Below, piece by piece: positions 11,401-18,615 of a stretch of 47,462 bases of DNA. Position numbers and translations under genes: made by a program. Numbering within the stretch: position 1 is the stretch's first letter; each line of letters opens with the position of its first letter. Source of the DNA: a virus; UHGV virus genome UHGV-0128156. One strand, 5' to 3'. The notes below the pieces were generated by a model. The model was not told where the DNA came from. It saw nothing but the letters and a program-made list of their open reading frames with translations, and did not search any database.

Positions 11401-11699
11401 TCCGTCCCTACGCTAATTTCATTTTCAGTGCCGGGAATACCCTGAATATAATTTTGTGCCTGCGTACCCGGCCTGAATTCCCACGCTACGCCGCTAAAGC
11501 TTTGCGAACCGTCGGCATTCTCCAGAGGGGTGCCATCGAGATAAATATCTTTCCCGGTTAAACCACCCGCAAATTCACCCTCACCTAATGCGATAAGAAT
11601 TTTGGCTTTTGCTACAGACTGTAAATCGTCCGGCTGTTCCGTGGGCGTACGCTGTTTAGAGCTGCCACCTTTACGCCCTTTAATGATGTTATTTGCCAT
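2373..11699 (-). CDS. J: Giant host-specificity / central tail fibre protein (lambda J-like N-terminal region with a very long repeat-rich C-terminal extension), 3108 aa
   Basis: The N-terminal ~1000 aa follow the lambda gpJ pattern and the gene sits directly downstream of gpI. The C-terminal two thirds contain at least 8 diverged modules built from the motif V(T/S)QQGKDI...ITSL plus CBM-like NL(I/L)PNGGFE(R)(G/D)F(D/T)NW segments. Confidence 0.85.
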   Translation of the reverse strand: MANNIIKGRKGGSSKQRTPTEQPDDLQSVAKAKILIALGEGEFAGGLTGKDIYLDGTPLENADGSQSFSGVAWEFRPGTQAQNYIQGIPGTENEISVGTEVSSETAWTHTFTNTQLSAVRVRLKWPSLMKQEDDGDVVGNTVKYAIDLQTDGEAWQTVLETAASGKTTSGYERSHRIDLPQAGSTWTLRLRKVSPDANSVKIGDVMTLQSYTEVIDAKLRYPHTALLYIEFDSSQFNGSIPQISCEPRGRVIRVPDNYNPETREYTGTWTGGFKWAWTDNPAWIYYDIIVSDRFGLGDRLTSANISKWALYPIAQYCDQLIPDGRGGDGMEPRHTCNVYVQERNDAYTVLRDFAAIFRGMTCWSGEQIIVQADMPRDVDFNYTRANIIGSPRYSSSTSKARYTNALVSWSDPDNAYADAMEPAFIPELVSRYSFNQVEVTAIGCTRQSEAHRKGLWAILTNNKDRMVEIDVGLDGRIPQPGYIIGLGDERLAGRVNGGRISAVNGRVITLDRDIDAKEGDRLHLNLPSGISQARAILSVNGRRQVTVTTGYSETPEAECVWIVEYTDLVPQQYRVIGVKDNNNGTLTITGVAHDPDKFARIDTGAIIDQRPISVIPPGNQAPPDGILLTSFSVVNQGISVETLQVNWDAVQNAIAYEAQWRRNDGNWINVPRSSTTSFEVSGIYAGRYLVRVRAINAAEISSGWAYSEEKTLTGKVGEPLPPLALTTVSLTAGIEIRWEFPAGAEDSQRTELQYSPDQSGNGAMPLTDLAYPGKQYQQMGLQIATQFWYRARLVDRLGNASPWTSWVHGMSSDNVSDYYQQLDDALKGSDTYEELNKGIQDNSAAADAAQQAADAAQGTADQAAKDVAAQGAIVTQQGKDLATNIAKTNDTTNKLAQEVKDRAAGDAATAQKAASDTAAAVAKAETDDAALAKQAADNLLSAKREVEAAIETTNVTMQDGFDSLAQQMASISAGTGEQFDSLKIWYFDKDNEGWSSDDGGTKPLPTNDDGWVLPADSISTMRSPSGAGTLIDGSAYKYLRLRIKKVGNPAWGGRLYWIGADETGWTDGRRLVLPAPDFDPATGISTIAIPDIPWQASGTIRRLRLDFSQGGAADADNYYAVDWLAVGRPTPGASQAQIQDLKTAMTAADSAEAMERNQLAVQLRGNEEGTDPNKLVSGLLFEERKIRVTAEKAIGSRVDTLRVDYDKSTAAATQRMDTLASDLQSTASKTDQVAADLVSANGVIAGHTLAIQKIEGDVQTIDGKVQANASQIAGVESKVDNIRIGGVNLIPNSGELTGKSPSTTERYRGNAVRILTRAAGATDFAVLDYTLAAPVDGTEYVLSFYAKAKTDKTPVRCFLNTPDATIRAETSQGVIVERPAGYNGDVTVTLSTSWSRYWVKYKRKPGLSGTAYLVVARLDGAAAAREAWISSPMFESGNIVSDWSQAPADSASSDAVQQLTTRVTTAENTLATTAQQTTALKSQITTGNLLLNGDLINKADNWQLSGTGAGAPVYDAVMKGLTTTEPAMRIANGTKIPVEAGQVLTLTFGFKTDDATISIGTQNFTMGLIENWGNPTAWLTQDNNWFAGITTGYQTRTLTFTIPNDFKGRWCYLRMACGGWTPSTARVYLQGFMLTASNGIAGKADASAVQDLQSQVTKNGDDIATNASAITSLSGCIDTTNAEVAKKATTAALDSLKSTVTQQGKDIAANVAATTSLSADLSAMKHDADNKLAGNLIPNGGFERGFDNWVTGSTTDVRVDTAQQPSSGKKILYFKAHNDQLDEVRNTTTVTVVAGRTYRFGGFARAKDGTAIVTGSEQSNKFRFAFNDNSQIQEARIDPTKLQTGSVWTEVFAKWKANKSGVMQMSVMARLASGELYIDDMFVIDITDQENINANATALTNLQTTVSQQGDTITSQGKSLTQLTGRIDTVNTDLGKRIDQKADSSTVQDLSATVTKQGKDITAANQAITSLKGRVATVEEGLAKAATADAVSKLDTRVTSAEGKIESQGTAITGINVALNSQTAAGGDYILNPTFDPAYPSMGFTRRDTVDSNDDDGIPYDADIPAGAPRRYVARLASRDHQLNTPPWPVKAGQVFEISVWVAAKAGSNAAFNMYIGSATGPNTGAVAYAALPGSVAPTQTWTEKKYRWTVPANFPRGYMRPFLQVNQNAPFGSVWYATDFHCREITAAQGAQTAADAAAGAVTQLDAKVTQQGNTITSQGQAITAITGRVSNLESGQSANSSAIQSLTQRTTAAEGKIETNSQAITSVTGAVNAMLNRGENLANDFNFMSGSALWGVQGNTRNKVEFGDFGDGKPGVQMTQLDSTLYTGLFANQKAPLPHNTPRRYQVIVKAKGVSGAMNFMVRRFNYLGNVAGTYENRQFSATDTWATYAAEFSAPSSATVDGSVFALYCYPNASVIQIDYIAIYDITDAVAIDANTSAVTQLQQTVTQQGKDIAANASATTAVSASLNAAMADVDNKITGNLILNGGFERDFTNWTAPAPTTIMAASSPHSGKKIVKYVAATSATLLSSDTVITVVKGRTYKFGAWLRAKAGSTMQPNTQPNNKVRFAYLDSSVIVEARFDPATMLTGSVWQEYSNTWTATKDGTMSVSINAFLNAGEIYIDDVYVIDITDRVDLDATAGAVSNLQSTVTQQGKDIASNASAITSVNASIGALQSQGLNPWCDGSFESYTANQQLGSSSLARVSTDVYRNGQKSLKITRNNGESGNSDKMIGNWLAVRGGGKYRFSLWAYMASDMSTPNGWSVSVGLFARGENGGANQWPEAVRISETNISRGKWVLLTGVATVGADRSIAQMWISTRGANGGAGYSLHLDDISIVDVTDAQEAQDTATGAANAVTQLTATVTQQGKDITAQAGQITSLGSRVDDAESRITKQDETIASNGLAMATGFNQMRSMIGDNSAAITTTNKTVADLEKSTTEQITTLTSQVGDMSATVQQTASTVADLNGKLGAQWGVKVNTSSGGNNYVAGIQLGIDGSGQSQFLVQADTFGVYVPNGDQKNMVFGIDGNGAYFQQAMARNLTINFGQISDSLQSTNYQPGSTGWRLPKNGAFEMNSNVPGQGRIQLDESGLKVFDQNGVLRFVGGRY
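3084..9095. repeat. Dispersed intragenic nucleotide repeat family inside J (about 25-45 bp core aatatccttgccctgctgcgtgac...ctgcag)
   Basis: Copies near 3084, 3724, 4332, 5048, 5817, 5950, 6579, 6711 and 9058. They encode the repeated peptide TQQGKDI on the minus strand. The artefactual plus-strand ORFs carrying ISLPCCVTV are their mirror image. Confidence 0.8.
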
Positions 11700-11708
11700 A
11701 TTACGTCC

Positions 11709-11736
11709 ATAAAAAAAGCCACCGCAAGGTGGCTAC
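11709..11736 (-). terminator. Intrinsic terminator-like hairpin immediately upstream of J on the minus strand
   Basis: Minus strand reads AGCCACCTTGCGGTGGCT followed by TTTTTTTATGG. The stem is almost identical to the terminator after the major tail protein gene. Confidence 0.5.
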
Positions 11737-11809
11737 TGTTTGTATATCAGGATATTCAAAACCCGGTTCCTCGGGTTAAGCTGGCTTCTTTGTATGCAGA
11801 GTTTAAAAA

Positions 11810-12361
11810 ATGGAAAAATCAGAGCGTCATCATTTTGTTAGTTTTCCGTATCGCCCGGCCATCAGAGAAGATGGTGAAATAAACAACGGAGGATTCGATC
11901 TGACCCTCGAACCGGAGCGCATATCAGAAATACACGAAATCAAAGATTATCCGTGGTTCAGGGATTTTCTGATTAGCGTCAATACATACGGTCTCTTATT
12001 TATGACCTTTGGATGCGCCCTTGGGAGTCTGGAAGAATCTTTCTGCGGATATATCGATTTTTCTCTTCGCCCTGACAGTCCGACACATTTGCGGGTAGAT
12101 CTTAGTCAACTTGACGATCTGTTTTACCAATATCTTGCAGGGGCCATGCCGGACGAGGAAACCCGCATTCGGGGTATTGAATATGCCCGAAGCATTCTCC
12201 ATTGGACACTTTCGCCTCTAGAAATTCGTGGTGAATCCTATGCAAAAGTGACTCTGACATTTGATGCTTCTCAACAAGAAGGGGTTGCATGGGTGTTTGA
12301 CCATCTGAGTTATTTTTTAACAATCTCATATCCTTCATTACCTCATGTCATGGCTGGTTGA
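11810..12361 (+). CDS. Hypothetical protein, opposite-strand moron inserted between tail genes I and J
   Basis: 183-aa ORF convergent with gpI (stop codons 5 bp apart). GC content is lower than in the flanking tail genes. No TM segments or recognisable domain. RBS is weak. Confidence 0.5.
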   Translation: MEKSERHHFVSFPYRPAIREDGEINNGGFDLTLEPERISEIHEIKDYPWFRDFLISVNTYGLLFMTFGCALGSLEESFCGYIDFSLRPDSPTHLRVDLSQLDDLFYQYLAGAMPDEETRIRGIEYARSILHWTLSPLEIRGESYAKVTLTFDASQQEGVAWVFDHLSYFLTISYPSLPHVMAG

Positions 12362-12366
12362 CAGTG

Positions 12367-12957
12367 CTACTGCTGGTCTTCGACATAGATACCGGCGGAA
12401 ATAATCGCGCCGCCAATTCGCCGCTTACCATAAAGCAAACCAACAGGATAACCCTGTGAGGCGGTATTGGTTACGCCGCCAAAGGCATAGCTGGCTTTAT
12501 TATCGGGGGATTCTTTACGGGCAAGGCCTGCTGGCTGAGGTGAAAGCATCTGCACAACACCGCCTAGCATCATGGCTCCGCCTGCCATCATCACATTTAC
12601 GCCCCACGCCTGACCGAATCCGAAAGTGGCTATAGCTCCAACCGCAACAATGACCGCACCTAAAATAGTCTGAAGAAAACCGGCTTTTTTGCTACCAATG
12701 ACTACAGGGACAATGCGAATTACCTCTCCAGTTATCGGAAAACCTAAGTCATCTACCCCTATGTTTTTTTCTCCTTTAAATACCGCATAGGTTAATCCGC
12801 GCTCTTTGCTGGTAATCATAAATTTTTCAAAGCCGGGTATCGTTTTCGCCAGCGCTATGCCTGCTTCATGGATGCACGAAATAAGACGGTGATGAGTTTT
12901 TCCAAACTTTTTACCGAGCATCCCACTTAATTCAATACGCGTCATAACTTCTTGCAT
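12367..12957 (-). CDS. I: Tail assembly protein I (lambda gpI-like)
   Basis: Position between K and J. Glycine- and hydrophobic-rich C-terminal half typical of gpI. Start at the ATG of MQEVMTRIEL, preceded by GGGGGAG. Confidence 0.75.
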   Translation of the reverse strand: MQEVMTRIELSGMLGKKFGKTHHRLISCIHEAGIALAKTIPGFEKFMITSKERGLTYAVFKGEKNIGVDDLGFPITGEVIRIVPVVIGSKKAGFLQTILGAVIVAVGAIATFGFGQAWGVNVMMAGGAMMLGGVVQMLSPQPAGLARKESPDNKASYAFGGVTNTASQGYPVGLLYGKRRIGGAIISAGIYVEDQQ

Positions 12958-12968
12958 TTTTTCTCCCC

Positions 12969-12995
12969 CGAAAAAAACCGCCTGACGGCGGTTCT
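12969..12995 (-). terminator. Rho-independent terminator after the lipoprotein moron
   Basis: Minus strand reads AACCGCCGTCAGGCGGTT followed by TTTTTTTCGGGGGAG, then the gpI start. Confidence 0.7.
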
Positions 12996-13010
12996 TCACA
13001 TAAAGATAAA

Positions 13011-13424
13011 TTAAAAAGCCGTGGGGTATATTCCAAAATCACCATTGGTTCCATAACCAATCCGGTACATTAATGTTTTTCCATCAGCAACTGTCCCCGA
13101 CTGCTCACTCATTCCACCACCACACATTCCTTTTGGCCATGCGCTAAATACATGATTCCCTACTTCTGGATAAATCACGGCTTTTTGAGTGGTATCTAAA
13201 TCAGCTATCTCTTTACCATCTAGATATACTCGCGTCATACAAGCGCTACCCATAACACCAGAGTCTCGCTTTATAATAACTTCGCCCGTGCCTTCTTTTT
13301 TAGAAAAAAACGATGAGTCCAATATTTGTTTGAAGGGGATATTTTGTGCCTGTTCATTTGTTACTGGTTTAGTTGCACACCCGCTAATTCCCACAATCAC
13401 TAAAGCTAGTGCAATTTTTTTCAT
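13011..13424 (-). CDS. Lipoprotein of unknown function (AT-rich moron between K and I)
   Basis: MKKIALALVIVGISGC gives a lipobox. GC content is clearly lower than in neighbouring tail genes. It has its own terminator. Confidence 0.7.
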   Translation of the reverse strand: MKKIALALVIVGISGCATKPVTNEQAQNIPFKQILDSSFFSKKEGTGEVIIKRDSGVMGSACMTRVYLDGKEIADLDTTQKAVIYPEVGNHVFSAWPKGMCGGGMSEQSGTVADGKTLMYRIGYGTNGDFGIYPTAF

Positions 13425-13465
13425 CTCGGTGTCCCTTTTGTTTTTAGTTCAAATCTCACAAAAGA

Positions 13466-14176
13466 TTAACACAGAGAATGATATCGAACGATTTTCATCG
13501 TTCTATCTAACCAGTATCCACCATACGGCACACGCTGGCTGAGATGGCCATAAAGGTGGTGCAGTAGCATGTTACCTTCCAGCAGAATCCCGGCATGGTT
13601 CCATTTGTCCGACTGCACCTGCATGATCACCATATCACCCGGCTGCGGTGGACCATCAAATTCACGGAATCCGCATTCATACCAGCAATCGTGGTAGAAA
13701 TTTTCGGGATAGTCGTTTTCCCACCAGGGATAATCAACGCGGTAATCGTGCAGCTCGATGCCGTGGTTCTGCCGGAAATAGCTCATCACTAAACCCCAGC
13801 AATCGTAATGGCCAAGCACGAACGGTCGCTCGAGGAGGGGCAACTCTCCGCGTGGGTGGATGGTACGCAGATCGCCTTCTGGACAGCTGATAATATGCCA
13901 GGGGAGCAGCGTTGCATCGCACTGCGCCTTATCCAGTTCGCTGGGTTGCGTGGTCGCATCAGGATGGCTGTGAACAATGCCGATAATCGTTCCCCAGTCC
14001 TCTACCTCTGCGTAATCTTCTGGTGACAAGACGAAATTATCATTCGACTCGCTGGCCAGGTTCCTGCAGGGAAAATAGCGCTCCACTCTGCCCCGTTGAG
14101 CAATCAATCCGCATGCCTCACGCGGATAATCAGCTGCAGCATGAGCCTGTATCGCCTTAATCGTTTTCTGGCGCAT
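13466..14176 (-). CDS. K: Tail tip assembly protein K (NlpC/P60 plus JAB/MPN domains)
   Basis: HSHP...PS...D JAMM-like motif and DCWGLV cysteine-peptidase motif. Position between L and I. Confidence 0.85.
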   Translation of the reverse strand: MRQKTIKAIQAHAAADYPREACGLIAQRGRVERYFPCRNLASESNDNFVLSPEDYAEVEDWGTIIGIVHSHPDATTQPSELDKAQCDATLLPWHIISCPEGDLRTIHPRGELPLLERPFVLGHYDCWGLVMSYFRQNHGIELHDYRVDYPWWENDYPENFYHDCWYECGFREFDGPPQPGDMVIMQVQSDKWNHAGILLEGNMLLHHLYGHLSQRVPYGGYWLDRTMKIVRYHSLC

Positions 14177-14177
14177 A

Positions 14178-14933
14178 TCAGCTCCTTATCAGCGACGTAC
14201 CAGGGAACCCGCCGAACGGCAGCTCGTTATGCTCGCCAAAACGTAATTTGCAGGCAGTGATTGTTCCGTTGCAGACGTCCTTCGATGGGTCATCAACCGG
14301 TTTGTTATTCTTGTCGAAATACTTTGTCCCGGCATAATCGCAGCCATCGCCACTACGGTATTTGTTGCGAATACACCAGGTGCAAACCGAATGATACTGG
14401 CGGGTTGGGATCAGCTTCCCCTGCACCCCCATCGGGCTATCGAGTGTGAACTCCACCGTTTCATCGGTTTCAAGTTGTTTGGCGTCAATGAAAAATAGCT
14501 GCCGCTTTTCCTGCGTCGGGTCCGCGGTGGCATTACCTTCAGGGAAGTTTCGCGCATCCAGATACTGCTTCTGCGTATCATGGATGGTGACCCGCGCCAT
14601 CGCCAGATCGTCATAATGCAAACACAACGCGGTAATTTTCCCTTCTACGTTACCAACCCTGAGCGTGGGCTGCGCATCGCTGCCAGTAGTGGACGATTCG
14701 ATGCCGTCGATATCGCATGGCCATGCTTTATATTCGGTGCCCTGCCACCAGATACTTTTAGCTGACAATTTCGACTCATCACCACCGGCTGCAATAATTT
14801 CCTCGGCTGAGTGCGGAATATTATAGCCGTGGAAGTATAAGACCTCGTCCATATTGAAAGAACGGCCATCAATTTCAAAAAGCCGGATTGAATCACCCGG
14901 CTCCAGCTTCTGATAATCTGCATTAAGGCTCAT
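14178..14933 (-). CDS. L: Minor tail protein L
   Basis: Lambda gpL-like protein with a C-terminal cysteine cluster (C..C...C, the Fe-S site of gpL). Coupled to M and K. Confidence 0.85.
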   Translation of the reverse strand: MSLNADYQKLEPGDSIRLFEIDGRSFNMDEVLYFHGYNIPHSAEEIIAAGGDESKLSAKSIWWQGTEYKAWPCDIDGIESSTTGSDAQPTLRVGNVEGKITALCLHYDDLAMARVTIHDTQKQYLDARNFPEGNATADPTQEKRQLFFIDAKQLETDETVEFTLDSPMGVQGKLIPTRQYHSVCTWCIRNKYRSGDGCDYAGTKYFDKNNKPVDDPSKDVCNGTITACKLRFGEHNELPFGGFPGTSLIRS

Positions 14934-15268
14934 GGTTTAAATCCCTGAATAAAGGTTGCCGATAGGGAGTAGTTCCCTCCACCCATCGGTACTGGTTTAT
15001 ATTGCTCACAACGGAAAAGCCCAATATCTTCAAGGGGTGGCGTCCACTGGAAAGACTTTGTGCCGCCATGACGATCCAGGAACTGTTTTATCGGTCGGAT
15101 ATAGTCTTCGGTACCGACAAAATTCAGCTCCCATTCCTGTGACCGGGGATTTAATCCATCCCCTGATACCTGCGTATATCCGTCACCGAACTGCGCCTTT
15201 CGAGTACGGAAATTCACGGTTTGCGTTGGGTTTACTCGGGGACTCCAAGTAAATATTTCTATCGCCAT
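14930..15268 (-). CDS. M: Minor tail protein M
   Basis: RKAQFGDGY...W.PP.. pattern as in lambda gpM. ATGA overlap with L. Confidence 0.85.
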   Translation of the reverse strand: MAIEIFTWSPRVNPTQTVNFRTRKAQFGDGYTQVSGDGLNPRSQEWELNFVGTEDYIRPIKQFLDRHGGTKSFQWTPPLEDIGLFRCEQYKPVPMGGGNYSLSATFIQGFKP

Positions 15269-18200
15269 CAGCGTTGTCCTTTTACAGCGTTCCAGATAGC
15301 ACCGCCTGGGCGCATATCTTTCGCCTGCAGCTCACGGTATTTCTTCTCAACGAACGACCCAATTTGCTGGCCAAACTCTTCAAAACCTGACGAGCTCTCG
15401 GTAGACGTCTTATCGCCGGAAATAGTGATCCAGACCTTTGGCCCTTCGGAGGTGCTGGCGTTCTGTCCGCCTCCGACCGCACGTACCCCCAGCGAACCAT
15501 CACCGGCGCGCGTCAGCGGCATAATGGCTTCCGGCCCTGCTTCACCAAATACACCAGCGCCTTTAGCAAAGGCGAAGAACTGCGGGGTATCGTGGACCTG
15601 GTTGCTATAGGCACTTAAGGAAGGTGAATCGTAGACGCCGCCTTTGGCGTTAAACTGGAAGCTACTACCCGCATTCTGGATCGCCGTCCCGGTACTGGCG
15701 CCAACGGCGCCGGAGGCTGCACCACCCGCTATGCTGCTTCCAATTCCAACCACTCCCATGATGGTCTGCATGATGGAACTGGTGACGAGCGCTTGTGCGG
15801 CCATATCAATGAGATTTTTGATGACTGCCTGCGTCAACGAGGAAAACAGGCCAACCATGTTTTCCTTGAAGCTTTGGGTTCGCGTCAGCATGCTCGTTAA
15901 GAAATTCGTGGAGCGCTCATGTGCCGTCTCGAATAGCCCAACGGCCAGGCTCTGGAATTCACCCTGCGATCGATATAGCTCCAGCGAGGTCTGATACTGT
16001 GCATCGGCGGACTCCTTCGTCGCCTTCTGCATCAGCATTTCGTACTGGTCTTTGCTAATCGCGCTGCCCTGATAGTAAGACTGCAGTAGAGCCTGCCGCT
16101 GTGCTAGCTGATTACGAAGCGCTACCAGTGGATCAACTTCACCGGCGATATCCAGTTTAGGAGCCGCGATTTCGTCAGCCTGCGCCTGCAGTAACTCTTT
16201 GGCTGTATCCCTGGCCAGAGTTATTCGGGCAGTCTGGTAATCTTTTTCGGTTAGAAGACGGGCTTTGAAAAGCTCGGCAAGGTCCTGGCTGACTTCCTGT
16301 TCCTTGCGCAGGGTTTCCTGCGCCGGTGAATACTGTGCGGCCAGATCCAGTCGCTGCTTCTGGTAGTTCTCCGCATTCATCAATAGCGCACGCTGAAGGT
16401 CGGCATCGCTGGCGCCATTCTTCTTCGCTGCTTCCTGCAGCTCCCTGTTGCTGTCTTTCTCCTGAAGGTTAATCCGGGCCAGGCTGGATGCATGGGCCTC
16501 TTCAATTTGTTGCCGTAGCGTTTTGAACTGGTCGACCTTAGCCTTATTACCCTTCCCGGAGCCGGTACCACCATCCCCGATCCAGGGGTTCCCGTCGCCA
16601 GTCTCTTTAGGGGGCGAACTCAGCGCGCCTTTCAGGTCGTCTGTAAGGGACGTGATTTTTCCAGACAACCCAAGCTGGGCCAGCGTTTTAGCATCACTGA
16701 CGCGCTTGATATTTTCCTCTGTTTTACGCAATCCCTCGTTAACGCTATCGAGGTCCGCCCGCGCACGCGTCTGGTCTTTTTTCACCCCATCCAACTGGCC
16801 GAAGGGGTCAAAGCCTTTTAGGCTGCCAATACGGCTGTCGGCATCCTGAATCTCTTTAATCAGCTGGTTTCGCTGCACAACCTGGTTTTCATACTGATCC
16901 TCCAGGTCGAATTGCTTTACATTTAGCTGGTTGAGAGAGAGGCGCATCAGCGCTTCGCTGGTTTCAACGACGGCGTCTTTTAAATTAATGGCTGATTGCC
17001 GGGCCTCTTTTGCCCTCTCATGAAAATAAAGAATGGCTGAACCGGCCAGCATAGCGGCACCGAAAGGGCCACCGATTAAGTTAAACGCGCCTTTTGCCAG
17101 TCCTACGGCAACCGATGCCGCACGGGCGGATATCGACATTTGCCGGTTAGCCGCTGCCAGCTTCAATTTCGCCTGGCTGGCCAGATTGGTTTGCTCAGTT
17201 TCCTGTCGGATAAGCCGGGTAAACTCATCCTGGTAACTGATATTCATCCCGTACTGTTTAGCCGTCCGCTCCATCTGCCGGTAGTAACCGAACTCGGCAT
17301 CGTTTTGTTTCAGGATGGCTGCAGTTGAATCCAGCGTTTTACGGGCGATGTCTGCATCGGCAAGTGCTCTCGCTTTCACCGCCGCCTGGCTTTCCCGCCA
17401 GACAGAGATATTTTCCCGAAGCCCTGCGGTTAGTTTTGTGGAAAGAACCGGAATCAGGCTGTAAAGCGCAATACTGGAGACGGTATTAAAGTTATCCGCC
17501 AGGCCGTTAAGCGCCTCCGTAGCGGTCTGAATACCGCTGCGAAGAGGACCGTTACTGCTCTGGCCAATCTTAATGACCATCCCCTCAAACGCACTACTCA
17601 GCCCAAGCAGATCGCCGTTCAGGTTGTTAACCCTGATAGATGCCTGCTCATGCGCCGTTTGAGTACCGGTCAACGAAGCGGTCAATTCATCAAGCTTGGA
17701 ACGGTTCTGTACGAGAATGGAAGCCGCGCTGAGGTTTTCCACGCCAAACAGCTTCACCGCCTGGGCCGTTGAAAGGTTCTTGCCTGCCAGCGTATTGAGC
17801 GCCTGGCTCAAGCCGACAACCGAAGGTTTCAGGGTTTTATCTGTTCCCTTTTCCAGATTCAGGATGACGTTTCGCAGCGCCGTTCCTGCCTCTCCACCTT
17901 TCACTTCACGCTCGGCCAGAACCTGAATGGCCGCATTCAGTTGTTCAAAACCGACGCCAGCCTGTGCAGCTGCGACGCCGCCATTTTTAATGGCTGCTGC
18001 CGTATCCGTAATTTCGGATGAACCATACTTCGCGCCAGCGGCCAGAACGTTGATGTAACGATCCGCTTCCTGCGCACTGGCGCCATACTGGTTCAATGAA
18101 AGCGCGAGCGTTTTTGTTGCATCCGGGAGCGTCGTTCCAGCGGCCTGTGCCAGAATCAGCGCGCTGTTCGTCGCCTGCTGCAGACCATCTGAAGTCTTAA

Positions 18201-18615
18201 GCAGCTCCGGTTTAGCCGATGCCATCAGCTTGAGCGCCTCAGCAGCCTGGCTGGCGCTGTGCTCTGTCGTGCGCCCCATTTCCTGCGCGGCCAGATCCAG
18301 CGCTTTCATTTCATCAGCGGTCGCGCCGGTGATCGCCTGCAGGTCAGATAGTGCCTGGCCATACTGCCTGGACGTTGTGATGATCGTACTAATGGAAAGA
18401 CCGGCGCCTGCCAGCCCCGCCAGCCTGCTGGCCATCCCGGATATCGACAGGCCGACCTTTTTATAGGCGTCTTCCGTCTTTTTCGCGTCCGCCTGGGCAT
18501 TGCGGTTAAACCTTTTGGACTGGTTCTCCGCGTCGCCATACGCTCCCAGAAGCTGGGATTTAAAGTTGGCTGCGTTAAGGTGCAGCCCGACCGCTAAAGA
18601 TGCGACGTCTGCCAT
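15268..18615 (-). CDS. H: Tail tape measure protein
   Basis: About 1115 aa, helical and Ala/Gln-rich. Lies between G-T and M. Start taken at MADVASL, overlapping the T stop as TAATG. Confidence 0.85.
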   Translation of the reverse strand: MADVASLAVGLHLNAANFKSQLLGAYGDAENQSKRFNRNAQADAKKTEDAYKKVGLSISGMASRLAGLAGAGLSISTIITTSRQYGQALSDLQAITGATADEMKALDLAAQEMGRTTEHSASQAAEALKLMASAKPELLKTSDGLQQATNSALILAQAAGTTLPDATKTLALSLNQYGASAQEADRYINVLAAGAKYGSSEITDTAAAIKNGGVAAAQAGVGFEQLNAAIQVLAEREVKGGEAGTALRNVILNLEKGTDKTLKPSVVGLSQALNTLAGKNLSTAQAVKLFGVENLSAASILVQNRSKLDELTASLTGTQTAHEQASIRVNNLNGDLLGLSSAFEGMVIKIGQSSNGPLRSGIQTATEALNGLADNFNTVSSIALYSLIPVLSTKLTAGLRENISVWRESQAAVKARALADADIARKTLDSTAAILKQNDAEFGYYRQMERTAKQYGMNISYQDEFTRLIRQETEQTNLASQAKLKLAAANRQMSISARAASVAVGLAKGAFNLIGGPFGAAMLAGSAILYFHERAKEARQSAINLKDAVVETSEALMRLSLNQLNVKQFDLEDQYENQVVQRNQLIKEIQDADSRIGSLKGFDPFGQLDGVKKDQTRARADLDSVNEGLRKTEENIKRVSDAKTLAQLGLSGKITSLTDDLKGALSSPPKETGDGNPWIGDGGTGSGKGNKAKVDQFKTLRQQIEEAHASSLARINLQEKDSNRELQEAAKKNGASDADLQRALLMNAENYQKQRLDLAAQYSPAQETLRKEQEVSQDLAELFKARLLTEKDYQTARITLARDTAKELLQAQADEIAAPKLDIAGEVDPLVALRNQLAQRQALLQSYYQGSAISKDQYEMLMQKATKESADAQYQTSLELYRSQGEFQSLAVGLFETAHERSTNFLTSMLTRTQSFKENMVGLFSSLTQAVIKNLIDMAAQALVTSSIMQTIMGVVGIGSSIAGGAASGAVGASTGTAIQNAGSSFQFNAKGGVYDSPSLSAYSNQVHDTPQFFAFAKGAGVFGEAGPEAIMPLTRAGDGSLGVRAVGGGQNASTSEGPKVWITISGDKTSTESSSGFEEFGQQIGSFVEKKYRELQAKDMRPGGAIWNAVKGQR

